A stretch of 64,000 bases of DNA from an uncultured delta proteobacterium (lineage in GTDB: Bacteria; Desulfobacterota; Binatia; Binatales; Binataceae): positions 832,001-896,000 of the forward strand of contig CAVQEQ010000003.1 of NCBI GenBank assembly GCA_963711565.1, given 5' to 3'. Shown in pieces: positions 11,277-20,840 of the stretch. The notes below the pieces were generated by a model. It was given only the letters and a program-made list of their open reading frames with translations. It searched no databases and was not told the origin of the DNA. The position numbers and the translations under genes are program-made. Each line of letters starts with the position of its first letter. Positions within the stretch are counted from its first letter, which is position 1.

Positions 11277-11699
11277 ATGAAGAAAAAGGAAATCGAAAAG
11301 AAAAAGCCGAACGAGCGAACCTATCGCGGCGGATGCCATTGCGGGCGCGTCCGCTTCGAAGTCAGGGGCATGCTCGAGCGCGTCTCCGAATGCAACTGCT
11401 CGATTTGCACGAAGAAGGGCTACCTCCACTGGATCGTCGAGCGCGCCGCGTTCCGCTTGCTCACGCCGTCGGACAATATCGCGGCGTACAGCTTCAACAC
11501 GAAAGTCGCCAAGCATCTGTTCTGTCCGAATTGCGGCGTCGCATCGTTCTATATTCCGCGCTCCGATCCCGAACGCCTCGACGTAAATGTGCGATGCCTC
11601 GAAGGTGTGAATCCGGCCAAGCTCGAGCTCGATCACTTCGACGGGCGCAACTGGGAGAAGGCCTTTCACGATCGCGAGAGCGGGCCAGCCGCGAAGTGA
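11277..11699 (+). CDS. GFA/CENP-V family protein
   Basis: GGCHCGRVRF, CNCSIC, HLFCPNCG, DVNVRCL. Confidence 0.9.
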   Translation: MKKKEIEKKKPNERTYRGGCHCGRVRFEVRGMLERVSECNCSICTKKGYLHWIVERAAFRLLTPSDNIAAYSFNTKVAKHLFCPNCGVASFYIPRSDPERLDVNVRCLEGVNPAKLELDHFDGRNWEKAFHDRESGPAAK

Positions 11700-11711
11700 G
11701 GTCAGAGTCAG

Positions 11712-12335
11712 GTGGCGACGCTGGGTTTTCTGCGCCGCGATTTCGAGGTGTTCGCAATCGAGGGATTCAGCGCGCGGATGGCGAAGATCGACGAGTTGAT
11801 CAACCCGCGGCTGACCAGGCTCGGCAGCCGGCTCGCGCCGGAGCTTTCGCAAAAACTCGGCATGGAATTCTTTCCGCACATCGCCAAACACATGCGGCGC
11901 ACTGCGATTCCCCCTGCTGAGACCTGCGTGGCATTCGGGCCGTCGCGCGCGGGATACAAGCGCTACGCATATCTCGCGCTGTGCGTGTCGGCGGCGGGAA
12001 TCCATGCGCGCACGGTCGTGAAGTCCGACGCCGACCATCGTCCCGAGATGGCGCGAGCTATCAAATCCAGGTCGGCGGATCTGGAGAAATCTTTTCGCGG
12101 CACGAAGATCCAGCAATACCAAAATTGGGATTGCCACGAATTGCCGCGCTCGACGGTGGCGAGCGCCGACTTTTTCGACGGACTCGGCGATGCGCTCGTG
12201 AAAAAAACCGGCGGCATCAACGTCGGCTTCGGATGGCCGGTGCGCGACGCCGTGACCGTCGATCGCGCCGAGATACTCGACGCGTTCCGCGAGCTCGAAC
12301 CGCTCTACCGCGTGATCCGCTCGGTCGCGCCGTGA
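11712..12335 (+). CDS. DUF1054-like protein
   Basis: GF..RDFEVF..GF..RM..I and FPHIAKHMRRT..PP.ET.VAF patterns. Confidence 0.65.
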   Translation: MATLGFLRRDFEVFAIEGFSARMAKIDELINPRLTRLGSRLAPELSQKLGMEFFPHIAKHMRRTAIPPAETCVAFGPSRAGYKRYAYLALCVSAAGIHARTVVKSDADHRPEMARAIKSRSADLEKSFRGTKIQQYQNWDCHELPRSTVASADFFDGLGDALVKKTGGINVGFGWPVRDAVTVDRAEILDAFRELEPLYRVIRSVAP

Positions 12336-13528
12336 CGTTGGGCGTCGCGCCGGTGGATGAAGACCGGTTGTTGAGCCGCGAGGAGACGATCACGCGGCTG
12401 GCATATTCGTGCCTGCTGATGGTGGGCATCAACAGCGGCTGGCTCGGCCCGTTTCTACCGCAGATCTCGCACACCGCCCAACTGCCGATCGAACGCGCGG
12501 GACTGATCGTTAGCGCCTCGGCCGCCGGCTATTTCATCTCGGTGCTGATCGCCGGCGAGATCAATCAATCGCTGAGCGCGCAGAGGATTCTCGTCGGTGC
12601 GATGGCGCTGTTCACCGCCGGCCTGGCAGGTCTGGCCGTCGCTCCCGGACTTGCGGGAATGCTATGCGCCGGATTTGTGATCGGCCTTGCCAACGGCGGT
12701 ATCGACATCGGCGCCAACGCCCTCATCGTCGAGCTGAATCGCGAGCGGCTCGCCTCCGCGCTCAACTACCTGCATGTGCTGTTCGGCGTCGGCGCGCTGC
12801 TCGGACCGCTGATCGTGAGCGCCGCCTTCGCGAGCCGCGTGCCGTACTGGTGGGTATTCGGCGGTGGCGCAGTGGCCTGTGCCGCGATCGGATTTCGTCT
12901 GGGCATGACTCCGGCGCACGAAGTTCGAACAGAGGTTGCTACCGGCGACGGATTTCTACCGATGCTCGCGCGTCCGCTGATTTGGGCGATTAGCGGCGTG
13001 ATGTTCCTCTACGTCGGTGCCGAGGTGGGAATCGGCGCGTGGCTCTTTCTTTACCTGCGCACCGCGGGCACGCTCGGCCCGATGCTCGCGTCGTCGGGCG
13101 TCTCGCTGTATTGGCTGGGATTGGTATGCGGTCGCGCGTTCGGCGGACGCCTCGGGCATCGCATGGCACTGCCGAAATTCACGATGCTGGCCTCGTCGTT
13201 ATCCGCCGCGGCGCTGATGCTGTTGATCGCGGCGCCGGCGGCAGGCGGCCTCGCCGCGACCTCCATCTTCCTGATCGGTTTTGGCTACGGCCCGGTCTTC
13301 CCCAACATGATTGCGGTCGGCGCGGCGGCGTTCCCCCTCGAAGTCGGCAGGATGACTTCGATCGTAGTCGCAGCCGGCGCGCTCGGCGCGATCGTCGCGC
13401 CCTGGCTAATGGGCCACGCCATCGCCGACATAAGTCCCCGTGCAAGCATGGAGGTCGCGCTGGCATTCACGCTCGCGATGGCAGCGCTGGCCATCTCGCT
13501 GCGCACAGTCGATCGGCGCCCTCTATGA
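12332..13528 (+). CDS. MFS transporter
   Basis: About 12 hydrophobic helices, LHVLFGVGALLGP and YVGAEVG; GTG start overlaps the upstream stop. Confidence 0.85.
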   Translation: MTLGVAPVDEDRLLSREETITRLAYSCLLMVGINSGWLGPFLPQISHTAQLPIERAGLIVSASAAGYFISVLIAGEINQSLSAQRILVGAMALFTAGLAGLAVAPGLAGMLCAGFVIGLANGGIDIGANALIVELNRERLASALNYLHVLFGVGALLGPLIVSAAFASRVPYWWVFGGGAVACAAIGFRLGMTPAHEVRTEVATGDGFLPMLARPLIWAISGVMFLYVGAEVGIGAWLFLYLRTAGTLGPMLASSGVSLYWLGLVCGRAFGGRLGHRMALPKFTMLASSLSAAALMLLIAAPAAGGLAATSIFLIGFGYGPVFPNMIAVGAAAFPLEVGRMTSIVVAAGALGAIVAPWLMGHAIADISPRASMEVALAFTLAMAALAISLRTVDRRPL

Positions 13529-13617
13529 AGCATCGGCGGCAAACACTATTGTAGATAAATTGCTCAGCCGCGATTTTCGGCGCTCGCGTCGGGAAAGCGG
13601 CGTCCAAGAAGGGATTC

Positions 13618-13884
13618 ATGGCGAACAAAGGAAACTGCAAAGCGAAAGATTGCGCGCGCGAAGCGGTCGGCAAAGGCTACTGCCGACAGCATTTTCGGCT
13701 CTGGAAGGCCGGCGAGATGCCCAAGGCGCGCTTCAAAACCTGCACCTTCGAGAAATGCCGCAAGCATCGCCACGGCACCTCGAGCCTGTGCGACGAGCAC
13801 TTCAAGGCCAAGCACGGCAAGCCGGCGGAAGCAGCGGCCGCGCCCGCAGCCGAAGCGGCGCCCGCCGAAGCTCCGGCGTCCTGA
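13618..13884 (+). CDS. Small basic double C3H zinc-finger protein (myxobacterial 'vegetative protein'-like)
   Basis: CKAKDC...KGYCRQH and CTFEKC...LCDEH, followed by an Ala/Pro/Glu tail; SD-like AAGGGA. Confidence 0.65.
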   Translation: MANKGNCKAKDCAREAVGKGYCRQHFRLWKAGEMPKARFKTCTFEKCRKHRHGTSSLCDEHFKAKHGKPAEAAAAPAAEAAPAEAPAS

Positions 13885-13944
13885 TAGCGCGATAACGTCC
13901 GCATCGCACCCGCGTCGCGCGGGCAGCATGAAAAGTGACTTCCG

Positions 13945-14742
13945 ATGGCTAATCTAATTGTGGCTGGAGCAGCGGGTCGGATGGGCCGGCTGCTGATCGC
14001 GATGGCGTCGTGCGATTCGGCGCACAAAATCGTCGGCGCCATCGAAGCGCACGGCAATAGCGCGCTCGGTTCCGACGCGGGCGAACTGGCAGGCGTCGGC
14101 AAGCTCGGCGTCAAAATCGGCGACCACTACGCGATGCTCGCAAAGCCCGACACCGTCACGCTGGATTTCACGACGGCGACCGCCTCGATGGAACATCTCG
14201 AAGTCGCATCGAACGCGGGCGCGGCGATCGTCATCGGCTCGACCGGTTTCACGCCCGAGATGGAAACGCGCGCGCGCGAACTCGCGCAGAAGACGCGCAC
14301 CGTGATCGCGCCCAACATGAGTATCGGAGTAAACGTGCTCGCCAAGATCGTTGCCGAAGTCGCCGCAATCCTTCCCGACTTCGACGCTGAGGTTATCGAG
14401 ATTCACCATCGCACCAAGATCGACGCGCCCAGCGGCACCGCGCTGTCGCTGGGCAAGGCGATCGCGTCGGCGCGCGGAGTAGAGTTCGCACCCAACGCGG
14501 TCTTCGGCCGCGAAGGAATCACCGGCGTGAGGCCCGACGGCAAGATCGCAGTCCTCGCGATGCGCGCGGGCGACGCAGTCGGCGATCACACCGTGATTTT
14601 CGGCGGTCAAGGCGAACGCCTCGAACTGATACATCGCGCGCAGAGCCGCGACTCGCTCGCGCGCGGCGCACTCCGCGCGGCGGGATGGCTTGTGAACCGC
14701 AAGCCGGGCCTCTACACGATGCGCGACATGCTCGGAATTTAA
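13945..14742 (+). CDS. dapB: 4-hydroxy-tetrahydrodipicolinate reductase
   Basis: GAAGRMG, GSTG, APNMSIGVN, EIHHRTKIDAPSGTA. Confidence 0.95.
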   Translation: MANLIVAGAAGRMGRLLIAMASCDSAHKIVGAIEAHGNSALGSDAGELAGVGKLGVKIGDHYAMLAKPDTVTLDFTTATASMEHLEVASNAGAAIVIGSTGFTPEMETRARELAQKTRTVIAPNMSIGVNVLAKIVAEVAAILPDFDAEVIEIHHRTKIDAPSGTALSLGKAIASARGVEFAPNAVFGREGITGVRPDGKIAVLAMRAGDAVGDHTVIFGGQGERLELIHRAQSRDSLARGALRAAGWLVNRKPGLYTMRDMLGI

Positions 14743-14750
14743 CTGACGCT

Positions 14751-15788
14751 CTAAAGATGTGAGGTGTGACTGGGCCCGTGATCCGGCGGCGCCGGCGGCG
14801 GATCGCCCATCTCGGCGCCCTCGTGATCGAGCATCGCCCATCGCTCGACCAGCTTGACACCGAGTCCGCGATGGCCGCGGATAAAGTACGTCGCCATCGC
14901 GATCAGCGCGAGAATATTTCCGGCGACGATTTTCCACCATCCCAGGACCTCGAGCGCTGACTGATCGATCAGCGAAACAAATCCCACAAAGAAAACCTCG
15001 AACACCGCCAGCAGCAGCAGCGCGCCGAGGACCATGAACGGTTCCCACTCCGACGCGGCCAGCAGAATCGCGAGCGCCAGGCCGAACATGACGAAGGCGA
15101 AGAAATGCAGAATCGAGTAGCCGAGCACGAGAGGCAGCGTCGCCTGGATACCGTCACTCACGCCCGCGCTGCGAAAGACCATCGCGCCGAGAATCGCCGG
15201 CGTATGAAACGGATCGCCTGACGCGAAGTCGTAAGCCATGAACCAGATGGCAACGACGATCCCGCCGACCAGTCCCGCAGTCACGCCTTCGCGCGCAACC
15301 GAGATCCAGGCGCCGAGCAAGTCGAACGCGAGCCTGGGATGCTGCCAGAAAAAATATGAAAGCATCGCGCCCGTCGCGAGCAGGTTGCCGACGATGATGC
15401 CCCACCACGTCAGCTCCACCATCACGTTCGGCCCTAGGAACAGCACGACCGCGATGAAGAACACTTCGAACGCGACGAAAAAAATCGCGAGCGAGAAAAG
15501 CAATGACGATTCGGTCTCGCACGCTTCGAGCAGCAATCCGCCGGCGATGCCGAATGCGATGAAGGCGGCGAAGTGAAGGATCGAGTATTCCAGCGCCAGC
15601 AGCTTCAGCCCATGTTGAACTTCGTGACTGTGCGAGCCGTGCAGAATCGTCGCCGCCAGCAGCGCGGGCGTTTCGAGCGCGTGGCCGCGAATCACGTCGA
15701 AGATCAGAAACCAGATGGCGACGACGAAGGCTCCGATCAGCCCCGCGACCGCTCCATCGATAATGATCCGCGTCCTCGAGTGCTGCAT
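14751..15788 (-). CDS. Membrane protein made of two homologous halves
   Basis: G..AGL.G..VVAIWF...D...G....TPA.L and YSILHF.AF both occur twice. Confidence 0.75.
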   Translation of the reverse strand: MQHSRTRIIIDGAVAGLIGAFVVAIWFLIFDVIRGHALETPALLAATILHGSHSHEVQHGLKLLALEYSILHFAAFIAFGIAGGLLLEACETESSLLFSLAIFFVAFEVFFIAVVLFLGPNVMVELTWWGIIVGNLLATGAMLSYFFWQHPRLAFDLLGAWISVAREGVTAGLVGGIVVAIWFMAYDFASGDPFHTPAILGAMVFRSAGVSDGIQATLPLVLGYSILHFFAFVMFGLALAILLAASEWEPFMVLGALLLLAVFEVFFVGFVSLIDQSALEVLGWWKIVAGNILALIAMATYFIRGHRGLGVKLVERWAMLDHEGAEMGDPPPAPPDHGPSHTSHL

Positions 15789-15882
15789 GCGTCAACTACT
15801 AACGCACAAGTTCCGCACCCGGCAAGCATCCGGACTTAGCTCGGCGGTCGCCTGCGGTATAAGATGACGGCGTTCCCGCGTC

Positions 15883-17202
15883 ATGCCTGCCACACCGCAA
15901 ACTTCCGCCGCCGCCAATCCCGACCCGCTCAAGATAGGGCGAATGCCCATTCATTTCTTTGTGGTAGCGGTCACGTCTTTCGCCGTCGGCGTTGCCGCGA
16001 TGCCATTCGTGATCGGCGACGTTGCAGTGTTCTTCTATCAGACTAAACCGCTGGCGCTCGTGCATACGTTCACGCTCGGCTGGATCACGGCGGCCATGAT
16101 GGGCGTGATGTATCGCTACGTCCCCGCCCTGACGCATCATCCGATCCCATTCCCCCGCATGGCGTTCGCGCAACTCGCGCTCTATGTCTTCGGCGTCGTT
16201 GGCATGATCGTGCATTTCGCGATCGGGCTCTGGCTTGGACTCTGGACGGTCGCGATAGTGGTGGTGATCAGCATTTTGACGTTCGCCGCCGAGATGATTC
16301 CATGTCTGTGGCCGTCGGCAGGAAGCGGCGTCGCGGAGACCGGGATGCTTCTCAGCGTGTGTTTCCTCGTGCTCGCGGCCGCGATTGGCCTGACCCTCGG
16401 CATCGACAAGACATACGACTTCCTTGGCGGCAGCGTGCTGACGAATCTCGCTAGCCACGTTCATTTCGCCGCGCTCGGATGGGTGACGCTGACAATCTGC
16501 GCCGTGTCCTACCGGATGATCCCCGCGTTCCTGCTGCCGAAAGAGAAACTCCCACCCGCCGCTATCTGGCAACTTTATGCACTAACGATCGGCGTCATCG
16601 GACTCGGCGTGACACTGCTGATTCGAGCGCCAGGCGTGGCGTTCTGGAGCATCCTGATTGCCGCTTCACTGCTCGCGTACATCTTCACGATAGGACGGCT
16701 GGTGCGTACGCGCCGGATGCCGCTGGATTGGACGTCGCGTCATGCGATCTGCGGAGTCGCGTGGCTGATCGTCGCGATCGCGATGGGCCTCGTACTTACC
16801 GTCACTGGCGCGGACGGCGAGTACAGCAGCCGCATCGCGGCGGCTTACGGCGTGACGGGAATACTCGGCTGGATATCGAATTTCATCATCGGCATGTCGT
16901 ACCAACTCTTTCCGGGATTCGTCACCCGCGCACGCACCAGCGTTGGATGGGCGCCCGTTACGATCGCTGAGCTGTCGATCCCGCGGCCACGGCCGTTTGT
17001 ATTCATCGCGTACAATCTCGGAATTGCAATGGTTGTATGTGGACTGCTCGCGGGATCGATCGATCTTGGCGTCGCGGGCTCCGCATGGATCGCGGCCGGC
17101 GGACTTGTTTACGCTGCGGCGACGCTCTGGACGCTCAGCTTTGCCTATCGCTCATCGATGCCGTCCGCGGTGCGAACCGATTTGCGCATCCTGCCGTCGT
17201 AA
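15883..17202 (+). CDS. Polytopic membrane protein with His-containing helices (NnrS/heme-copper-like)
   Basis: About 12 TM segments; HTFTLGW, HVHFAALGW, GMSYQLFP. Confidence 0.6.
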   Translation: MPATPQTSAAANPDPLKIGRMPIHFFVVAVTSFAVGVAAMPFVIGDVAVFFYQTKPLALVHTFTLGWITAAMMGVMYRYVPALTHHPIPFPRMAFAQLALYVFGVVGMIVHFAIGLWLGLWTVAIVVVISILTFAAEMIPCLWPSAGSGVAETGMLLSVCFLVLAAAIGLTLGIDKTYDFLGGSVLTNLASHVHFAALGWVTLTICAVSYRMIPAFLLPKEKLPPAAIWQLYALTIGVIGLGVTLLIRAPGVAFWSILIAASLLAYIFTIGRLVRTRRMPLDWTSRHAICGVAWLIVAIAMGLVLTVTGADGEYSSRIAAAYGVTGILGWISNFIIGMSYQLFPGFVTRARTSVGWAPVTIAELSIPRPRPFVFIAYNLGIAMVVCGLLAGSIDLGVAGSAWIAAGGLVYAAATLWTLSFAYRSSMPSAVRTDLRILPS

Positions 17203-17237
17203 GCCGCGACTCTATTCGGGAACGACGCAGCCTCGTT

Positions 17238-18035
17238 TCACTTTCCCTGGAAGTGGGCTTCGCGCCGCTCGACGAACGAACGAATTCCTTCCTTGGCGTC
17301 TTCGCTGTCCATCACGCGGTCCCTCACATCTGCGATGGCGGCAACCGCGGATCGTTCGCTGGCTTCAATGTATTTGAGGGCGGCTTGTTTCATCGCGCGA
17401 ATACCAAGCGGCGCGTTCTTGCAAATCAACTTTGCAATCTCAACCGCTCGCTCGATCTGCTTTCCGGCGGGAACGATCTCCTGAACGAGCCCGATTTGCA
17501 GCGCGCGCTCGGCGTTGAATTCATCGCAGAGCATCAGATGGTACATCGCGTTGCCCCATCCGGTACGCGTCAAAAAACGAAAGTGAGCGCCGCCGAGCGG
17601 CGCGATTCCGCGGCGCGACTCCATCTGGCAGAACCGCGCCGTGTCGGCCGCGACAACGATGTCGCCGGCCAGCATCATCTCGATACCGATGGTGTAGGTA
17701 ATACCCTGGACCGCCGTAACGATCGGTTTCACCGATCGGTTCCGCAAGCCGAAAGGATCGAGATTGCGCTCGGGGATCGGCTTCGCGGCTGCGCCGGGGC
17801 CGAAGAACTTCGGCATGTCGAGGCCGGCCGTGAAGTGATCGCCCTCGGCGCAGAGGACGGCAACCCAGAAATCGTCGTTGCGGTCGAATTCGGTCAGCTC
17901 ACTCGACAACTGTTGCATCATCTCGGGCGTGAAGGAGTTTCTCTTCGCGACATTGTCGATCACGATTTTGAAAACCCGGCCGTCCACTTCACGCCGCACT
18001 TCTCCAACCTTGTTTTGCACGCTCGTCGTTGACAT
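17238..18035 (-). CDS. Enoyl-CoA hydratase/crotonase
   Basis: HFTAGLD, GIEMMLAGD, EDAKEGIRSFVERR. Confidence 0.88.
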   Translation of the reverse strand: MSTTSVQNKVGEVRREVDGRVFKIVIDNVAKRNSFTPEMMQQLSSELTEFDRNDDFWVAVLCAEGDHFTAGLDMPKFFGPGAAAKPIPERNLDPFGLRNRSVKPIVTAVQGITYTIGIEMMLAGDIVVAADTARFCQMESRRGIAPLGGAHFRFLTRTGWGNAMYHLMLCDEFNAERALQIGLVQEIVPAGKQIERAVEIAKLICKNAPLGIRAMKQAALKYIEASERSAVAAIADVRDRVMDSEDAKEGIRSFVERREAHFQGK

Positions 18036-18071
18036 CCTCGCTTCTCCTCTTATGAACAGCAGTACATCTGC

Positions 18072-18090
18072 AACTTGACAGTGTCAAGTT
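18072..18090. promoter_or_regulatory. Perfect palindromic operator overlapping divergent -35 boxes
   Basis: AACTTGACA-G-TGTCAAGTT has TTGACA on both strands; on the + strand CAGAAT follows at 17-nt spacing. Confidence 0.7.
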
Positions 18091-18160
18091 TCGTTGGCAG
18101 AATACTATCGTCGTCGATCCGGGACGGCGTGAGCAACTGAATCACACCGAGAGGCAGATC

Positions 18161-19849
18161 GTGGCGGACGGCAGTGCTCCTAGATTGAAACCCGAAGTGC
18201 GCGGGTGGCTCCGACACCTCTGGCGCAAAGCGATGACCCCGGACGACTGGTCTCGAAATGGCGCACCCCACCCCTGGTGGGACGACAAGAGCGTTGCGCC
18301 GATGCTGTCGTTCGCGCGTTTCGATCTTTCGGAATCTTCCTATGGGCTCCTGCTGCTCGCCCGCAAGACGCCCGCGTGGCGGGAGGTCTACACGAAGATC
18401 CTCGACGAGCTGATCCGGCGTCACACCACGTTCTGGGCCGCGGTTGACTGGCTCACCAAGCTCGGCCCCGATCCCGACCGCGCGCGTTATCCGAAAGCCT
18501 ATCGAGGACTCATCCCAAAGGATCTCTGGGGCAACTACGATGTGCCCGGTTGGACCGCCAACGGCATCGAGCCGTGGGGACTCCAGCCGGACCCAATCGG
18601 CTCGACGGGGAATCTGTTCTTCCGCGGCTTCTTCACCTTGATGCTGGCGATCCATCGCGCAGTGTCGGGCGAGGCGACTTGGGACAAGCCCTTCGAGGTG
18701 ACTGGTCTCGACGACCGGACCTTCGCGTGGACCCATCGCGGGATAGCCGAGTACCTCGGCAATCAGTGGGCGGGTGTTCCCCACGGGCCGCATTGCGAGA
18801 ACACCAAGATCTGGCCGTTCTGCCTGTCGGCGGCAGGACTCGGTCTGCAACTTACCGACCTGACGCTCGGGACGCGGACGCATTGGGTTTACGACCGTTG
18901 GGTCGAGGAGGCCTTCAAAAAGAAGTTCATGGGCTTCGACGAGCGCGGCCGCCTGAAATGGGTCGCCTTCTATTATGACCCGCTGGTCGACCGTGTGCTT
19001 GGTGATCGCCGCATCTTCGGCCTCTTCCCGTCGATCTACGTCGTCCCGCAGAACCGCGAACTTGGCGAGTTGCTCTACCGCAACGCCGTCGCTTCGGTCG
19101 GCTGGGACAAGCGCTGGATGCCGGTGCTGTACAATGGCCGCGACCCGCGCGCGCTGACGATGGGCTTCCTGATGGCGCGCGAGTATGGCGATCACACGAC
19201 GGCCCGCCGGCTCGGACGGAAACTCGCGAGCATGGAGAACGCGCGCTTCTTCGACGCCGACGGCGGGCAAGACGCGGACGAGTATGGTTACTTCTTCCAA
19301 TACGGCGAGCGCTATCCCCGCGGCCAGGAGAGTGCGCTCTACATGCTCAAGAATCTGCTCGACGGCGAGGGCGAGTGGGGACGCGCATTCGGCGAACAAG
19401 ACACCGAGAAGTTCTCCGCACCCACCGTGTCGGACGCGGAGTATCCGAAATTGGGATTCTCCGTCGCATGGAATGATTCCGCGCGCGGCGTCCTTCAACT
19501 CGAGAGCTTCGCGGCGACCTCCAGCGCGCGCGGCGACGCGACCCGCTTCCGTGTTCGCAACCTCCCAGACGCGCACAGCGTCCAGGTTCGCCGCGACGAT
19601 CAGATCCACCAATCTTGGCGCGCGACCGATTCCAACTCGATCGAGATCGAGACCGTCGTCGGCGACCATCGCTACGAGATCGTGACCGGCTACCGGGGCG
19701 CGCAGCCGACCCGACCCGGCAAAACCGAATCGAACAAAACGAATAGTACCTCGACCACGATCGCACGGCCGCGAACCAGTATGACGGACATTGTAACGGC
19801 CGCCTCGACGGTCGCCGCCGCATGTCCCTGCTGCGCCAGCGCCGACTGA
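18161..19849 (+). CDS. Linalool dehydratase/isomerase-like protein
   Basis: TPAWRE, GNLFFRGFFTLM and CENTKIWPFC, which parallel LinD ENIMYKGHLNLM and CEPDNYFVQC (LinD motifs recalled, not aligned). SD GAGG before GTG. Confidence 0.6.
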   Translation: MADGSAPRLKPEVRGWLRHLWRKAMTPDDWSRNGAPHPWWDDKSVAPMLSFARFDLSESSYGLLLLARKTPAWREVYTKILDELIRRHTTFWAAVDWLTKLGPDPDRARYPKAYRGLIPKDLWGNYDVPGWTANGIEPWGLQPDPIGSTGNLFFRGFFTLMLAIHRAVSGEATWDKPFEVTGLDDRTFAWTHRGIAEYLGNQWAGVPHGPHCENTKIWPFCLSAAGLGLQLTDLTLGTRTHWVYDRWVEEAFKKKFMGFDERGRLKWVAFYYDPLVDRVLGDRRIFGLFPSIYVVPQNRELGELLYRNAVASVGWDKRWMPVLYNGRDPRALTMGFLMAREYGDHTTARRLGRKLASMENARFFDADGGQDADEYGYFFQYGERYPRGQESALYMLKNLLDGEGEWGRAFGEQDTEKFSAPTVSDAEYPKLGFSVAWNDSARGVLQLESFAATSSARGDATRFRVRNLPDAHSVQVRRDDQIHQSWRATDSNSIEIETVVGDHRYEIVTGYRGAQPTRPGKTESNKTNSTSTTIARPRTSMTDIVTAASTVAAACPCCASAD

Positions 19850-19880
19850 TACATCGCCGCGTCTAATTGGAGAAAGATAA

Positions 19881-20618
19881 GTGAGTCACAACGCCTTGTG
19901 GAGCGAACTCGCCGCTCGTCTCGTCGCCGCCCTCAGACCGATAGCGCCCCCGATTGGTATCGCGTTCGTAGCGGAGGGCGCCGCGAGCGACGCGCCGCCG
20001 TTCGACGCGTCGTATCCGACCCCGAACGAGTCCGGCCGCACGGGCGCGGTGCCGGCGGGCTGCGTCTTCTGGATGAAGGCGGTCGATCGCACGTTTTCGA
20101 CGAGCGCAGCCGACCACGCCAACTGCAGCGTCGGTTCCTACACGCACGGCTTCATCACGTTAGACGAGGCTGCCCCGCGCGACGACGTTGTGGCTGCGCT
20201 CGAATCGGGATGGGTGAACGAAGCCGCTGTCGCCGCGTTGCCGCACGTGCGCGAGCGACCCGCGCAGGTTGTTTACGGTCCGCTCGCGAAGTTCGACACG
20301 GATCCCAACGTCGTGCTCGTGCGTATCAACGCGCTCGCGCTGATGGTCCTCAAGGATGCGTTCCCGTCGCTTCGCATCGAGGGGAAACCGCAGTGCCACG
20401 TAATCGCACTCGCCAGGGAGAATGGCGAGATCGCGGCGAGCGTCGGCTGCGCCTTGAGCCGCGCGCGCACCGGCATGCGCTCGGAGGAGTTGACCTGCGC
20501 GATCCCGGCATCGCGGCTCGCCGAGATCGTGCCGGTCATAGAGGCAGCCGCAGACCTCGACCGCGCGATGGCCAGCTACGCGGGCACCGACGCTCAGCGC
20601 TTCGACGCGAAGTCCTGA
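19881..20618 (+). CDS. DUF169 family protein
   Basis: PIGIAF, AGCVFW, NCSVG, YGPL...PNVVLV, KPQCH, SVGC..SR. Confidence 0.75.
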   Translation: MSHNALWSELAARLVAALRPIAPPIGIAFVAEGAASDAPPFDASYPTPNESGRTGAVPAGCVFWMKAVDRTFSTSAADHANCSVGSYTHGFITLDEAAPRDDVVAALESGWVNEAAVAALPHVRERPAQVVYGPLAKFDTDPNVVLVRINALALMVLKDAFPSLRIEGKPQCHVIALARENGEIAASVGCALSRARTGMRSEELTCAIPASRLAEIVPVIEAAADLDRAMASYAGTDAQRFDAKS

Positions 20619-20644
20619 AGCTCGCAAGGCGCTCGCCGTTAGAG

Positions 20645-20796
20645 GAGACCTTTGCATAACTTCGGTGAATACGCCCAGACAGAAACCAGAATCTTGAATC
20701 GCGCGCAAAAGAGCGCGCTGCATAAGGACCCTCACCTTCGATCCTCTCCCATTCTGGGAGAGGAGAAGAGGCGCGGCGCAGTTATGCAAAGGTCTC
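20645..20796. mobile_element. MITE-like element with perfect 17-bp terminal inverted repeats
   Basis: GAGACCTTTGCATAACT (20645-20661) and AGTTATGCAAAGGTCTC (20780-20796); internal CCTCTCCCA/TGGGAGAGG hairpin. Confidence 0.65.
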
Positions 20797-20840
20797 TTAA
20801 ATGAGTAGTCACCAAGACTGATCAAAGGTCAGGAGTCCTA

